Part shown: positions 18,647-28,659 of the stretch, piece by piece | Layout of the letters: every line of letters begins with the position of its first letter | How positions within the stretch are numbered: position 1 is the first letter of the stretch | Source: a virus | Taxonomy: Duplodnaviria > Caudoviricetes | DNA length: 55,173 nucleotides | Direction: 5' to 3' (one strand) | IMG/VR virus record: IMGVR_UViG_3300043607_000025 | Location: 1 to 55,173 of that record | Position numbers and translations under genes: made by a program | The notes under the pieces: model-generated | Told to the model about the DNA's origin: nothing | The model's database searches: none | The model's input: only the letters and a program-made list of their open reading frames with translations

Positions 18647-18841
18647 ATGACTGCCCGCCTCCCCTTCACGCAGCAGTCCGTGCGCCGCGCGATCGCCGCC
18701 GCGCGCAAGGAGGGGCTGCGGGTGACGGAGATCCGTCCGGATGGGACTTTGGTTGTGCAGGACGGGGACGCACCGGTTGCCCCGCTCGAGACGCAGGAAC
18801 ACAATGACAGAGCCTCCCGCTGGGCGGAGGTCAAGGCATGA
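18647..18841 (+). CDS. Putative excisionase / small DNA-binding protein
   Basis: FTQQSVRRAIAAARKEGLRVTEIRPDG; ATGA overlap with the integrase. Confidence 0.6.
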   Translation: MTARLPFTQQSVRRAIAAARKEGLRVTEIRPDGTLVVQDGDAPVAPLETQEHNDRASRWAEVKA

Positions 18842-19980
18842 GATCCGTGCGGCTGGATCTTCCCTACTTGATGGCCGATACCGACCGGCACGGGAACCGG
18901 CGCCTTTTCGTGCGCCGGCACGGCCGCAAGATCCGCATCCGGGAGCAGCAGGGGACCGCGGCCTTTGCCAGCGCCTACACGGCGGCCCTGGAGGCGCTCG
19001 AGAGTCGGGCTCTGGACCAGCGCCAGCGCGCGCCGAAAGGAGCGCCGGCGGGCACGCTGGGCTGGCTAGCGGCGGCCTATTTCGGGTCTTCGGAGTTCAA
19101 GGCCCTGGATCTTGTCTCGCAGCGGACCCGTCGCGGGATCCTCGAGGGCTGCCTGCTCGAGCCGCGGGAACCTGGATCCGCCGACCTGATGGCACTCTGC
19201 CCGCTCGAGGTCTTGGCTGCGCCCCATATCCTGATGCTTCGGGACCGCCGAGCGGACAAGCCCGGATCCGCAAACAATCGGCTGAAATACCTGTCGGCCA
19301 TGTTCGGGTGGGCGGTCAATCGCGGGATCCTGCGGGCCAATCCGGCTCGGGACGTTAAGCCGGTCAGATACGCAAGCTCCGGGTTTCACAGTTGGACGCC
19401 AGCGGAGGTCGTCCAATTCGAGCGAAGGCACCCGGTCGGGTCCAAGGCGCGGCTGGCGCTGGCACTCCTGCTGTTCACCGGGCCGCGCCGGGGGGACGTT
19501 GTGACCTTCGGCCGCCAGCACGTCAAAGACGGCTGGATCCGCTTCGTACCCCGGAAAACCCGCTACAAACGGTCAACGCTCCTCGAGATCCCGATCGTGC
19601 CTGAACTGGCCAGGATCCTCGCGGCAAGCCCCACGGGCGAATTGACATTCCTCGAGACGGAATATGGCCGGGCATTCTCGGCCGCTGGCTTCGGCGGCTG
19701 GTTCCGGAAACGGTGCGATGAGGCGGGGCTCAAGCATTGCAGCGCCCACGGGCTCCGGAAGGCAGGGGCAGCCATCGCGGCGGAGCGCGGTGCGACCGAC
19801 CGCCAGCTCATGGCGCTATACGGCTGGACAACGGCGAGCCAGGCGACGGTCTACACTGCGGCGGCCGACAGAAAGAAACTGGCCGGCGAAGCCGCAAGGC
19901 TATTGGGTGGCGATCGAACAGAGAACGAACCTGCCCCACTCGCGATTGCCCCACCTTCTAAGACTTTGAAAAATGGATAG
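18838..19980 (+). CDS. int: Tyrosine integrase
   Basis: TGPRRGD, HGLRK, YGW and ATVY catalytic motifs. Confidence 0.92.
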   Translation: MRSVRLDLPYLMADTDRHGNRRLFVRRHGRKIRIREQQGTAAFASAYTAALEALESRALDQRQRAPKGAPAGTLGWLAAAYFGSSEFKALDLVSQRTRRGILEGCLLEPREPGSADLMALCPLEVLAAPHILMLRDRRADKPGSANNRLKYLSAMFGWAVNRGILRANPARDVKPVRYASSGFHSWTPAEVVQFERRHPVGSKARLALALLLFTGPRRGDVVTFGRQHVKDGWIRFVPRKTRYKRSTLLEIPIVPELARILAASPTGELTFLETEYGRAFSAAGFGGWFRKRCDEAGLKHCSAHGLRKAGAAIAAERGATDRQLMALYGWTTASQATVYTAAADRKKLAGEAARLLGGDRTENEPAPLAIAPPSKTLKNG

Positions 19981-20100
19981 AATTTCCTGGACTGGCAGGA
20001 GTGGAGGGGCTGTTAGCCCCTTGCTACAAAACAGTAATTCGAAAAGTGGGGCAATTTCCACCCCATGTTGGCGTATGGGAAACCCGATTAACTGCCCCAC
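19932..20100. other. attP: tRNA 3'-end core (19993-20011) flanked by TGCCCCAC arm-like sites
   Basis: Reverse complement of the core is AGCCCCTCCACTCCTGCCA (part of T-loop, T-stem, acceptor strand, CCA); TGCCCCAC at 19932, 19947, 20093 and inverted at 20046. Confidence 0.7.
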
Positions 20101-20540
20101 CCTCCCTCGATCCGAACTCGCGGCGCTGGGGATAAGGCAGCTCACAAAGCGTGAGGCCAAAGCCACGCCGATCGAGTTCCCCGACTTGCTAATTTCGATC
20201 GCTCGAACGGCGGGAGCACCCCATGCCGAAATTTCCAAATCTCTATTTGGAGAATTTGGAAAATGCACTTCCCGCTAACGGCGCTCATGGTGAGCACGAC
20301 AGTTTTTTGTCGTGCGAGGACACCATGCGCAACCGTCGAGCAACCCTTGAACAGCCCCTCCCGCCGGTTCGGCTCAAACCCGGCGACCCCCGGCTGAGGG
20401 ACTAGCGATGCTCCAAAATGTCGAGCCGCTCATCTGGAACGCGATTGGTGGTGTCTTAGGCGCTGCCACGTACTGCCTGCTGATCAGGTGGGGACGCTTC
20501 GCTCAGCAATGGCGATCCTGGTTCCTGCAGGAGAAATGAG

Positions 20541-20738
20541 ATGCTTGTGGCAATGCCAAAGTTCGAACAGACCTTTTGCAGTTCGTGCGGCGAGGCCTTC
20601 GGTCCAGGCTACAGTGGCTACTCTCATTGCGACCAGCACAAAGAGGTCCGTATGACCCCAACGGTCGAAAGGGTGATGAAGCAGTTCGAGAGCGCCCTCG
20701 CACGGAAGCGCGCCTACGGGCCGCCATCAACGCATTAG
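20541..20738 (+). CDS. Small Cys-containing hypothetical protein
   Basis: CSSCG...HC; AGGAG RBS. Confidence 0.5.
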   Translation: MLVAMPKFEQTFCSSCGEAFGPGYSGYSHCDQHKEVRMTPTVERVMKQFESALARKRAYGPPSTH

Positions 20739-20783
20739 GAGAAGGTGGAATGCATTGCCACCATCGTGCACGAGGAATGAAAC

Positions 20784-21044
20784 ATGGGCCTCACAGTCAA
20801 ATGGATCGACGGCGGGCGCGAGCCCGGGGCCAAGCCAAACCCGGCTTATCCGAACGGCGTCGCCGTCGACGCCACGGCCGGCGAGGAGCCGTACTGCTAT
20901 GCGGTCCTCCCCTACCCGGCCAAGCGCTGCGGGCATTTCGTGATCACGTGCGACGCCTGCCGGCAGCATGTCGTCGTCCCCACTGCCGGCCGGCCCGACG
21001 ATCCGCGCTCGCTCAAGCTCGCCTGCATCAAACCGGAGCATTGA
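20784..21044 (+). CDS. Hypothetical protein
   Basis: GAGG RBS; CDAC motif. Confidence 0.6.
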   Translation: MGLTVKWIDGGREPGAKPNPAYPNGVAVDATAGEEPYCYAVLPYPAKRCGHFVITCDACRQHVVVPTAGRPDDPRSLKLACIKPEH

Positions 21045-21048
21045 AACC

Positions 21049-21669
21049 ATGGCCGACAAGAAAGCGCTGGAGCTTCTGCTGCAGAAGCTCACCGACGAGG
21101 GCAAACTGGTCGAGGCCGGATGGGTCGGGCTGCGGCTGGCGGTTGGCCTGGAGAATGCGCCGGCCGACCAGTTGCGCGAGATGCGCTTGGCCTTCCTCGG
21201 CGGCGCGCAGCATTTGTTTTCGAGCATCATGACCGCGCTCGACCCGGGCGACGAGGCGACCGACGCCGACCTCAATCGAATGAGCTTGATCTCGGCCGAG
21301 CTTGAGGCGGCGGCGAAGGAGCTTGTGGCCAGCTATGACAAACCGCCTCGTGCAACAAAACCCGAAAAACCCGACAATTTGTCAACAGCGCACGGGCTCG
21401 GCGACGCGCCCATCGAGGCGGACTACCGCGAGATGATGAACTCGATGGCGGTCTATCTCGACCGCTTTTTCAACGGGCCGGCGGCGAACACCAGGGACGC
21501 GGGGCGCACGACCGGCTTCGTGCTGATGGTGTTCCCGTTCAGCGCCGACGCCGATGGCGCGCACCGCTGCAATTACATCAGCAATGCCAGCCGCGAGGAT
21601 GTCGTGGTGCTCCTTAAAGAACAACTGGCAAGATTTGAAGGTCAACCTGAAATCGAGGGGAGGGCTTAA
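21049..21669 (+). CDS. Hypothetical protein (possibly two fused phage domains)
   Basis: GGAG RBS; QLREMRLAFLGGAQ and GFVLMVFPF...NYISNA segments. Confidence 0.65.
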   Translation: MADKKALELLLQKLTDEGKLVEAGWVGLRLAVGLENAPADQLREMRLAFLGGAQHLFSSIMTALDPGDEATDADLNRMSLISAELEAAAKELVASYDKPPRATKPEKPDNLSTAHGLGDAPIEADYREMMNSMAVYLDRFFNGPAANTRDAGRTTGFVLMVFPFSADADGAHRCNYISNASREDVVVLLKEQLARFEGQPEIEGRA

Positions 21670-21993
21670 TGGGAGGCAGGAAAGCAATCGATCTAACCAA
21701 TCAACGCTTTGGACGGTTGGTTGTTTTGCGCCGTGCTGACTGCGCCAACGGACATGCGCGATGGCGCTGTCAATGCGATTGCGGAGGGCAAAAAGTTGTC
21801 GAAATCTTACCGGGCTTTTCTCGAAGACATGGGCCGCAGACCAACACCGAAACATTCGATCGACCGTATCAACAACGACGGAGACTATGAACCGGGCAAC
21901 TGCCGATGGGCGACCGCGACAGTGCAGCAAAATAATCGGCGCATTACGCTTGCGCGGTTCGAGGGAAGCCCGGATGTCACCGGGCACGCGTAA
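21669..21993 (+). pseudogene. Degenerate HNH-type homing endonuclease remnant
   Basis: N-part ([20 protein letters not shown]) and C-part ([26 protein letters not shown]) are in different frames and the middle is missing. Confidence 0.75.
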
Positions 21994-22258
21994 GCGCAGC
22001 CGGATTGAGCAACGGCAACTCCAACCAGGCGGGCTTCGCCGGCTGACGGCAGTCGCGGATGTCGCGGACCAGATTGCTGATGAGGTCGGCCTGCGTTTTG
22101 TTGCGCTCGGAAGCGTTGGCGGCGACTTCGCCGAGCACATAGGCGGCGAACCCGAGAAACCCAACATTGACCATTAGCAGCGCGATCGCCAATGGCGTCG
22201 ACTTCATCGCATCCAGGGTGCTGGCGGCAACCTTTCCAACTTCCTCTGGAATACTCAT
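21977..22258 (-). CDS. Membrane protein in the lysis cassette (holin/spanin-like)
   Basis: One TM helix plus coiled segment; directly after the endolysin. Confidence 0.55.
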   Translation of the reverse strand: MSIPEEVGKVAASTLDAMKSTPLAIALLMVNVGFLGFAAYVLGEVAANASERNKTQADLISNLVRDIRDCRQPAKPAWLELPLLNPAALTRAR

Positions 22259-22261
22259 CGG

Positions 22262-22831
22262 CTACGTCCCCGCGTCATCTTCCGGCGCATCCACGGCCTG
22301 CGGCATTTCCTCGCCCATGGGCTTCACCACTTTGTCAGGCTTGCCGTCATAGTTTTCATCGGGGATATTCTGGAACAGCAACGCCTCGCTCGCGCGGCGG
22401 CGCGTCAGTCCCGCCAGCACCTTGCCGCCGCCCTTGTTCCACTTGGCAAATTCCTTCGCCGCCCCGGCAAAGTCATTGGCGTTGACCTTCTTGAGCAGGG
22501 TGGACTTGCCCAGGTTGCCCTCGCCGCAGTTGTAGGCGAACGACACCAGCGCATCATACTGCCACGGCTCCAGCGGCACCTTGACCAACCTGCGCACGGC
22601 CGCCTCAAATCCCGCCATGTCGGAGAGGAACTCAGCATCGCATTCGACCTGGGACCACACGTCGCCGGAGTTGAACTTGCGGCCGTGGTGGTTGGTGTGG
22701 CCGTGACCGATGGTCAAAACGCCAGCTGGGCATTTGTACGCCTTAAACTTGCCCTCGTGCGGTTTGAGACAACCTTCAAAGTGCTTTATGAGGTTGGCAC
22801 ACGCGGCGGTGAGCTTGCGATCATCGTTCAT
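22262..22831 (-). CDS. Endolysin, GH24 lysozyme
   Basis: IKHFEG, AYKCPAGVLTIGHG, DALVSFAYN, GLTRRRASE. Confidence 0.92.
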   Translation of the reverse strand: MNDDRKLTAACANLIKHFEGCLKPHEGKFKAYKCPAGVLTIGHGHTNHHGRKFNSGDVWSQVECDAEFLSDMAGFEAAVRRLVKVPLEPWQYDALVSFAYNCGEGNLGKSTLLKKVNANDFAGAAKEFAKWNKGGGKVLAGLTRRRASEALLFQNIPDENYDGKPDKVVKPMGEEMPQAVDAPEDDAGT

Positions 22832-22843
22832 TTCTTTGCCTCT

Positions 22844-22948
22844 TCAGCGCATGAACATCAGCAGCAGCAGCACGGCCAGGATCGGAAGCGTGCTGGCGGA
22901 AACGATCTGCGCCACCAGCAAACGGTCAATCGGGCGGCGATAGGTCAT
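22844..22948 (-). CDS. 34-aa TM peptide, possible holin
   Basis: MTYRRPIDRLLVAQIVSASTLPILAVLLLLMFMR, upstream of the endolysin. Confidence 0.35.
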   Translation of the reverse strand: MTYRRPIDRLLVAQIVSASTLPILAVLLLLMFMR

Positions 22949-22956
22949 GACGACCC

Positions 22957-23541
22957 TCACAAGCTTGTGGAGAACGCGACATTGAGCGTGTCCCCGTTCA
23001 CCACAGCCTTGTCGCCGGTCGAGAACGTCCCGGCCGACCACAGCACGCCGCCGGTGTCGTCCTTGGTGGCGACCGCGCCGGTGCCGAAGACCAGGAACGC
23101 GCCCTTCACGGTGCCGGTGCTGGTGATGGCGAACGACAGCGCCGCCGACAGCGCCTTGCCGCCCGCCGAGGCCGCCGACCACACCGCGGTCTTGCGGTTG
23201 CCGGTATAGGTTGGCGCGTTGGCGCTGCCAGCCTCAAGCCATCCGACGTGCGATGCCATCGTGTCGCCGGCCGCGACAGCCGTGTACGACACAGACGAGA
23301 TCAGGCTCATGAACGGCCCGACCACGGTGTAAGCCGCGCCGGCAAAGGCGGTGTCCAGCATCAGGTTCTTGCCGACCGTGCAGACCACGTTCTCGATCGT
23401 GTCGCGCCACTTGAGTTGGCCGTCCGCGCCGATGCATTCCATCTCGTAGCGACCGTGCGCCTCGGCATATTCGCTGAGGCCAGAGCCGCGAATTACGGAC
23501 GCGTCGTTGTATTCGCGCGCCTGCGCGCGTTCATCGGTCAT
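22957..23541 (-). CDS. Putative virion tail-tip protein
   Basis: AGGAG RBS; beta-rich; ends DTLNVAFS. Confidence 0.65.
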   Translation of the reverse strand: MTDERAQAREYNDASVIRGSGLSEYAEAHGRYEMECIGADGQLKWRDTIENVVCTVGKNLMLDTAFAGAAYTVVGPFMSLISSVSYTAVAAGDTMASHVGWLEAGSANAPTYTGNRKTAVWSAASAGGKALSAALSFAITSTGTVKGAFLVFGTGAVATKDDTGGVLWSAGTFSTGDKAVVNGDTLNVAFSTSL

Positions 23542-23564
23542 GAGTTTCTCCTTTTGGAAGGTCG

Positions 23565-25370
23565 TTATGTGAGCGTCGGCAGCGGATCGATGTAGCAAGT
23601 GCCGGATGTCTTACCGATGCGCACGTTGATGTAGATGAAACCCTTCATCTGCGGCTGCGGCGAGGTCAGCGTGGTGACGAGCTTGAACGGCGACCAGCCG
23701 GCGCCCGAGCCGCCGCCGTTCCAAGTGCTGCCGTCCGAGGACACAGCAGCGGCAGCCGCCAGAGGATGCGATTTGCACGTGGTCTTGAAGCTGGCGATCG
23801 GCGAGCCCGAGCTGCCGAGGTACTGCACGTCCATCCAGATCTCGTCGTTGTTCGGCAACGATGCGGAATTCACCGTGCCGTGGACCGTGACGATGACATC
23901 GGCGCCCGTTGTCTCGGACCAGATGGCCAGCGGCAGCATGCGATAGGGCGTCAAGAACGCCGCCTGCGCATTGGTGACGATCTTGTCCGAGGTCGGCGTG
24001 GTGCCGTCGGTGGCGCCGCCGACGCGCGTGATCGAGGTCTCGGTAACTTGCGAGCCTGCGTACTCGTCCCGGGTGGCCTTGTAGTTGGTGGCCCCGCTGT
24101 CGCAGCGCACGGTGATGACGGGGGTCGCCGGATAACCACCCACGTTCGTAGTCCCGTAGCGGGTCATGCTGGCGTGAAATTTACAGTCCTCAAACACGAC
24201 AGGAGCGGCAGACACCGGCTGGTTCGCGAACAACTGGCCGGAAAACGCCGAGAAGTCGATACCCCGACAAGTCATGCTAAGCGTCGGGCCGGAAGTATAC
24301 GTCGTGAACAAAGAGGCCGGGAACGTCGCACCTTGGATAGCGGACGGTGTGTTGCGCCATTCCCAGCTCGCGCTTTGAAGCCGAATAGTTTGGCCGGTAG
24401 CTGCAAACTGCACCGTGCAATTATCCCACAAAACATGAGAGGGAGCGGCGCCGAGGGTCCCAATGGCTATCAATGCAGATGCATTGGTATTGACCAACGT
24501 GAATGCACAGTTCTTAAAAGAGAAAAAGGTCCCTTGCGAAGACACACCCCCGATTGTCAACTGGGTGCCGGATGAAGACCCATCGCCAGCCCTGAAATTT
24601 ATCCCTTGGTAAAAACAACTCACGACCCCCGGAGTGTTGAGATTGATGGCAGTCCCGCCGGTTGTCGCAATCGACGCTCCGGTATTGTAATTCGCCTCGA
24701 CCGGCGGCAGGGCCGCCGTACGATCCACGCAGATTGCGTAAGTGGGAGCGGCAGCCGTGGCAGGCCCCGACAAGTTCAAGGCCGTCGCCTGCGTCTCGGC
24801 GTGGTTGTCGGCGATCCAGAACTTGTGCCCGGCCGCGCCCCAGTTGGGGGCATAAGCGTTGGCAAGCCGTGCGTGCGGGGCGCCCCAGGCCGGGAAGTTG
24901 CCGACCGGACCGAGTGAGGTCCACACCGCCGTGGTGTCGGTCGTGGTGACACCAGCCGTATCACTGAACGACGGCTCGGAGGCACTCATCGCCCCCGCCG
25001 TCGTGCATATCTGGTAGCTGGCGCCGCTGCTGCGCTTGATGATCTGCCCGAGCACGGCGGGCGTGGCGGCTTTCACCTGTGCCCAGGTTGCCGTGCTGGC
25101 CAGATCGCCGTTGACGGCAGGCTGGCCGGTGCATTCCTGAAACGTAACTGTATTAGATACAGTTTTTGCGCCTCGAGTTAGCGTCCAAGCTGGTTCGCTT
25201 CCTGCACTTGTACCACCCACAATAACCACGAACACCCGCTCAGAATTGACCGCAGGTGCCGCCAACTGACGAATAATCTGACCGGCCGCATAGGCCGTGG
25301 ACACAGCAAACTGCGTAGCCGCTGTATACTTAACCGAAGAAACATACCAAGTGGTGTCGACGAGGGCGAT
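23565..25370 (-). CDS. Tail fibre/spike-like protein; probable non-ATG start (ATC at 25370)
   Basis: Frame is open upstream of the listed GTG; AGGAG lies 8 nt before ATC GCC CTC GTC; EP.W..T.G..T.D repeats and a beta-helix-like middle. Confidence 0.7.
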   Translation of the reverse strand: MALVDTTWYVSSVKYTAATQFAVSTAYAAGQIIRQLAAPAVNSERVFVVIVGGTSAGSEPAWTLTRGAKTVSNTVTFQECTGQPAVNGDLASTATWAQVKAATPAVLGQIIKRSSGASYQICTTAGAMSASEPSFSDTAGVTTTDTTAVWTSLGPVGNFPAWGAPHARLANAYAPNWGAAGHKFWIADNHAETQATALNLSGPATAAAPTYAICVDRTAALPPVEANYNTGASIATTGGTAINLNTPGVVSCFYQGINFRAGDGSSSGTQLTIGGVSSQGTFFSFKNCAFTLVNTNASALIAIGTLGAAPSHVLWDNCTVQFAATGQTIRLQSASWEWRNTPSAIQGATFPASLFTTYTSGPTLSMTCRGIDFSAFSGQLFANQPVSAAPVVFEDCKFHASMTRYGTTNVGGYPATPVITVRCDSGATNYKATRDEYAGSQVTETSITRVGGATDGTTPTSDKIVTNAQAAFLTPYRMLPLAIWSETTGADVIVTVHGTVNSASLPNNDEIWMDVQYLGSSGSPIASFKTTCKSHPLAAAAAVSSDGSTWNGGGSGAGWSPFKLVTTLTSPQPQMKGFIYINVRIGKTSGTCYIDPLPTLT

Positions 25371-25463
25371 TGGAGTTACTCCTGCTGGAGTGCCATAATG
25401 CGCGACGGGACCAGTGGCTTGAGGCCGAGTTGCTGCGTAGAGGCTAGTGCGATGGCCAAGGGC

Positions 25464-25988
25464 TTATGCTCCCAACGCTGTACCCGAACTCAACCGCGAG
25501 CTCTTGACTGGCGGCACGCCGGAATTGACCTGTACTGGCGACAGCCCCGCGATCGTTGCATTGCGCATGACAGCACTCGCCAGCGTCGCGCTTGGACCGT
25601 CCGATGCCGACGCCGCTTCCACCACCGCCGCCGTCAAGATGCTTGGCGCGGTCACCGAAGCGGCGGCCAACTCGGCAGCGGCTGCCGCCTCGGCGAGCGC
25701 GACAGCGTAGCCAACTCCAGCGTTGACTGCGTCGGCTGCGATCACCGCCTCGACGACGGCTGCCGCGTAGGCAAGCCCGGCATTGACGGTGGCCGCCGCA
25801 CTCGCCGCCTCGCGCATGATCTCGCCGAGGTAGGCATCGATATGATCACCGACCGAGGCCGGGTCATCGACCAGCGTGGCAAAGACCACGTTGCCGGTGC
25901 CCGGTGCGTCCAGCGCCGATGCAGCCTCGGCGAGCCCCGCCGCGATCGCCGCCCGCCGCCGCAGTTGGCTGACGCTACAGACGAGCAT
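25464..25988 (-). CDS. Ala-rich putative virion protein
   Basis: EAASA repeats; coupled to the upstream gene. Confidence 0.6.
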   Translation of the reverse strand: MLVCSVSQLRRRAAIAAGLAEAASALDAPGTGNVVFATLVDDPASVGDHIDAYLGEIMREAASAAATVNAGLAYAAAVVEAVIAADAVNAGVGYAVALAEAAAAAELAAASVTAPSILTAAVVEAASASDGPSATLASAVMRNATIAGLSPVQVNSGVPPVKSSRLSSGTALGA

Positions 25989-27274
25989 TAGGACGGCTGC
26001 TGCAAGCTTGGGTCCGGCGTGTACGCCCGGATCTCGCCGGTCGGTTGGAATTGACCTGCCGGCTTCTCTTGCGGCGGCTCCGCGTCATAGTCGACGCCCG
26101 TGGTGCCGGTATTCTCACCGTTGATCCATCTGTCGCTGCCGTGCAGCAGGATATCCGGGCGCTTGCCTAGCAGCTTCTCTGCCGGCGCCGGCAGCCCTTC
26201 CGGGTGTTCATCCGTCGGCGGCTGTCCTACCGGGTCGACGGGGATCAAGGTGAACTGTCCATCCTTGTCCTTGATCGGAATGCCGTTGTCGTTGCGCTCG
26301 TAGTCGATGAAGGCACGGCGGTTGGACTCGACGCCAGTATCGAGCATCACGCCGGTGAACAACTGAAACTCGGCCAGCTCGACCCAACTAATGTCATTGA
26401 CATAAGCAGACGTCCCAGGGATGCCGAACGCCTGGCCGCTGGTGGGAATCGGGCCGGGGGCATAGCTCCCACTGGGTGGCGATGGGACCGGCTCGCCCAT
26501 GAAATTGTCGCTGAACGTCCCGGAAAGGCTGTATATATTCTCGGTCAAGATGGTATTTGGCCCAAGACCGTCAGGTGCATCCCGATTGGGGCCCATGTTC
26601 TCCGGCCCCCGATAGTCCTTGTCGTCAATGGCGTACCACATCTGGCAGGAACTGCTGGCGAACGGATCTCCTATCGAAAGGCTCCCGCTCAGGTCGAACG
26701 ACAACAGCAAATGGTGCCACTCATCTGGCGTTATCGACAGGTTCGTTTCCGGGTCTGACAGTATGGCAGTTCGAACATGGAAATACTCAGGGGGTCCGTA
26801 TAATATCGTGGGCGAAGCGTCCTTGAGAGTAAGACTATAGCTGCGGGGAATCCCGGTAAAATTATAAAAGGCAGATGTTGCAACCCAACCCACCGCCGCA
26901 TAAGCCCCATAAGTATCCATCTGCAAGTTGAATTCCAGGTCGAACGTCCCGTCGCTGTAGCACTCGAGCCCGATGTAAGACGGCCCGACGTCATATGGAT
27001 CGCCCACAGTCTCCCAACCGTAAAAGGCTTCAAAATGATGAAACTCGCTAACCGGATTAACCAGGATATCGCCGTACAAATAACTGAAGTTCTGCTGCTG
27101 TTGCGACGTGCCGAACACGACCAGCGGGAGTCGGATCACAGGAGCAGTAGCGGGACCTCCTGGTCCTGTGTGCCCTAATGCCGCCAACACCGACTCCTTC
27201 GGCACCCTAAACCAAAACGAGATCACCGCCTTGCTGAAATTCGGAATGCCTTTCGGTATTTGCAGATAACTCAT
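25988..27274 (-). CDS. Putative receptor-binding/tail protein with LamG-like motifs
   Basis: ISFWFRVP, DEWHHLLLSFD, ELAEFQLF; AT-richer interior. Confidence 0.6.
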   Translation of the reverse strand: MSYLQIPKGIPNFSKAVISFWFRVPKESVLAALGHTGPGGPATAPVIRLPLVVFGTSQQQQNFSYLYGDILVNPVSEFHHFEAFYGWETVGDPYDVGPSYIGLECYSDGTFDLEFNLQMDTYGAYAAVGWVATSAFYNFTGIPRSYSLTLKDASPTILYGPPEYFHVRTAILSDPETNLSITPDEWHHLLLSFDLSGSLSIGDPFASSSCQMWYAIDDKDYRGPENMGPNRDAPDGLGPNTILTENIYSLSGTFSDNFMGEPVPSPPSGSYAPGPIPTSGQAFGIPGTSAYVNDISWVELAEFQLFTGVMLDTGVESNRRAFIDYERNDNGIPIKDKDGQFTLIPVDPVGQPPTDEHPEGLPAPAEKLLGKRPDILLHGSDRWINGENTGTTGVDYDAEPPQEKPAGQFQPTGEIRAYTPDPSLQQPS

Positions 27275-27440
27275 CCGAGCTTCTTGAGTTGAGGACGCCG
27301 GGCAGAAGGTGGCTCAGGTGGAGGCCCTGGAGGGGCACCGGCTTTGTCGCCGAACTCAACCGCAAGCCCGCCGCCCACCTCATCCCAATGCACATTGTAG
27401 ATGCGCGTTAGCAAATCCTGAGAGTAAGCTCCAACCGGCA

Positions 27441-28235
27441 TCAGATATCCGTGCGCAGGAACGGCAACGTCACCGACAGTCCCGATGGCGCAGCATTATC
27501 GGATTGCGTGACCCGGAGCGCATAGCGATCGCCCTCGGCAAAATCCACCAACGCCGGAATATTGAACGCGCCCGGTTGCCCGCCGTCGGTATCGATGGAG
27601 CTGCCGGCGACAAACGTGATGGTGCCGATCTCGACCCTGTTCTTCTCGATCGACAAAATGATGTTGGTGCCCGTGGCAATACCTACATCGAGATAGGCGT
27701 AGCAATGCGCATCCCCGCTCACCAACTGCATCGTGCGGGTGGCGATGCCCTGGAACAGCAGTTCATTCGGCACGCGCTGGATGCTGCCGGGCATAAAAAT
27801 GATGGCGTCGAAGTTGATGTCGTAGAGAGGCATCCAGAATTGATAGAGCGGATTGCCGCTACCGTCGGCGGCATTCGGGTCGAAGACCGCTGGCAGCGCC
27901 GGGGTGTTATGATCGACCAGCACCTGGAACATGCCCAGGCCGCGGACCGAGATCAATTGTCCCCTGGTATACGGCGTGCTGTTGAGCCATTGCCCGATAT
28001 AGGTAAGCGTTGCGATCGGCAGCGGGATGACCTGGGTCGTGCCATCCGTGAACAGGATCGTCATGCTGTTGGGCGAGGAGCTGATGCTGTCGATCTGCTT
28101 GCCTTCGTCCAGAGCCGCGTTGAGCTCCACGATCCGCTGATCGACATCGTAGAAATTGCCGTCGACCTGCGCGGCGCTGATCGGAGCCCCGGTTCCGGCA
28201 CCCCAGGTGCCGGATGTAACGTAGACGACCGTCAT
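27441..28235 (-). CDS. Putative tail protein
   Basis: WGAGTGAPISAAQVDGNF fibre-type N-terminus; carbohydrate-binding-like W..STPY..G motif. Confidence 0.65.
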   Translation of the reverse strand: MTVVYVTSGTWGAGTGAPISAAQVDGNFYDVDQRIVELNAALDEGKQIDSISSSPNSMTILFTDGTTQVIPLPIATLTYIGQWLNSTPYTRGQLISVRGLGMFQVLVDHNTPALPAVFDPNAADGSGNPLYQFWMPLYDINFDAIIFMPGSIQRVPNELLFQGIATRTMQLVSGDAHCYAYLDVGIATGTNIILSIEKNRVEIGTITFVAGSSIDTDGGQPGAFNIPALVDFAEGDRYALRVTQSDNAAPSGLSVTLPFLRTDI

Positions 28236-28239
28236 ACGG

Positions 28240-28659
28240 CTACCCTATGGTGTCCATAAAATCTTCGTCGACAAATGGTATGGTTTTGTTCTTTTCCAGG
28301 GTCTTGACATTGTCTGGGTTCGGCGGATTGCTAAAGATCATTTTGACTGGCCCCCTCTCGGTATCAAACCTGACCTTCTTCAACCTCTCGACATCGACAT
28401 AGTTTTTCTTGTTGATGTTGCCCTTCTCATCCTTCTGATAAACCCGCTCGTTGTCGACCTGCCGCTTGGTTTCATGCTCTGGCGAATTGCTCGAATAGCT
28501 GGCGCTAAAGCTGTACTGGAGGTCGATGAGCCCGCCGCCCGAGCCGCCGATAGTGCAGATGCCTTTCGTGGCATCGTCCGCAGGCGGCAAGACGCGCGCC
28601 GGGCCGGGCCGGATGTTGGGCAACACTGCTGGTCGGACGACTACCTCAAAACCAGCCAT
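28240..28659 (-). CDS. Hypothetical tail-region protein
   Basis: ORF coupled within the late operon. Confidence 0.65.
   Translation of the reverse strand: MAGFEVVVRPAVLPNIRPGPARVLPPADDATKGICTIGGSGGGLIDLQYSFSASYSSNSPEHETKRQVDNERVYQKDEKGNINKKNYVDVERLKKVRFDTERGPVKMIFSNPPNPDNVKTLEKNKTIPFVDEDFMDTIG

Noticed and set aside
19993-20011. Complete tRNA gene
   Set aside because: Only the 3' 19 nt are tRNA-like, so it is treated as the attP core.
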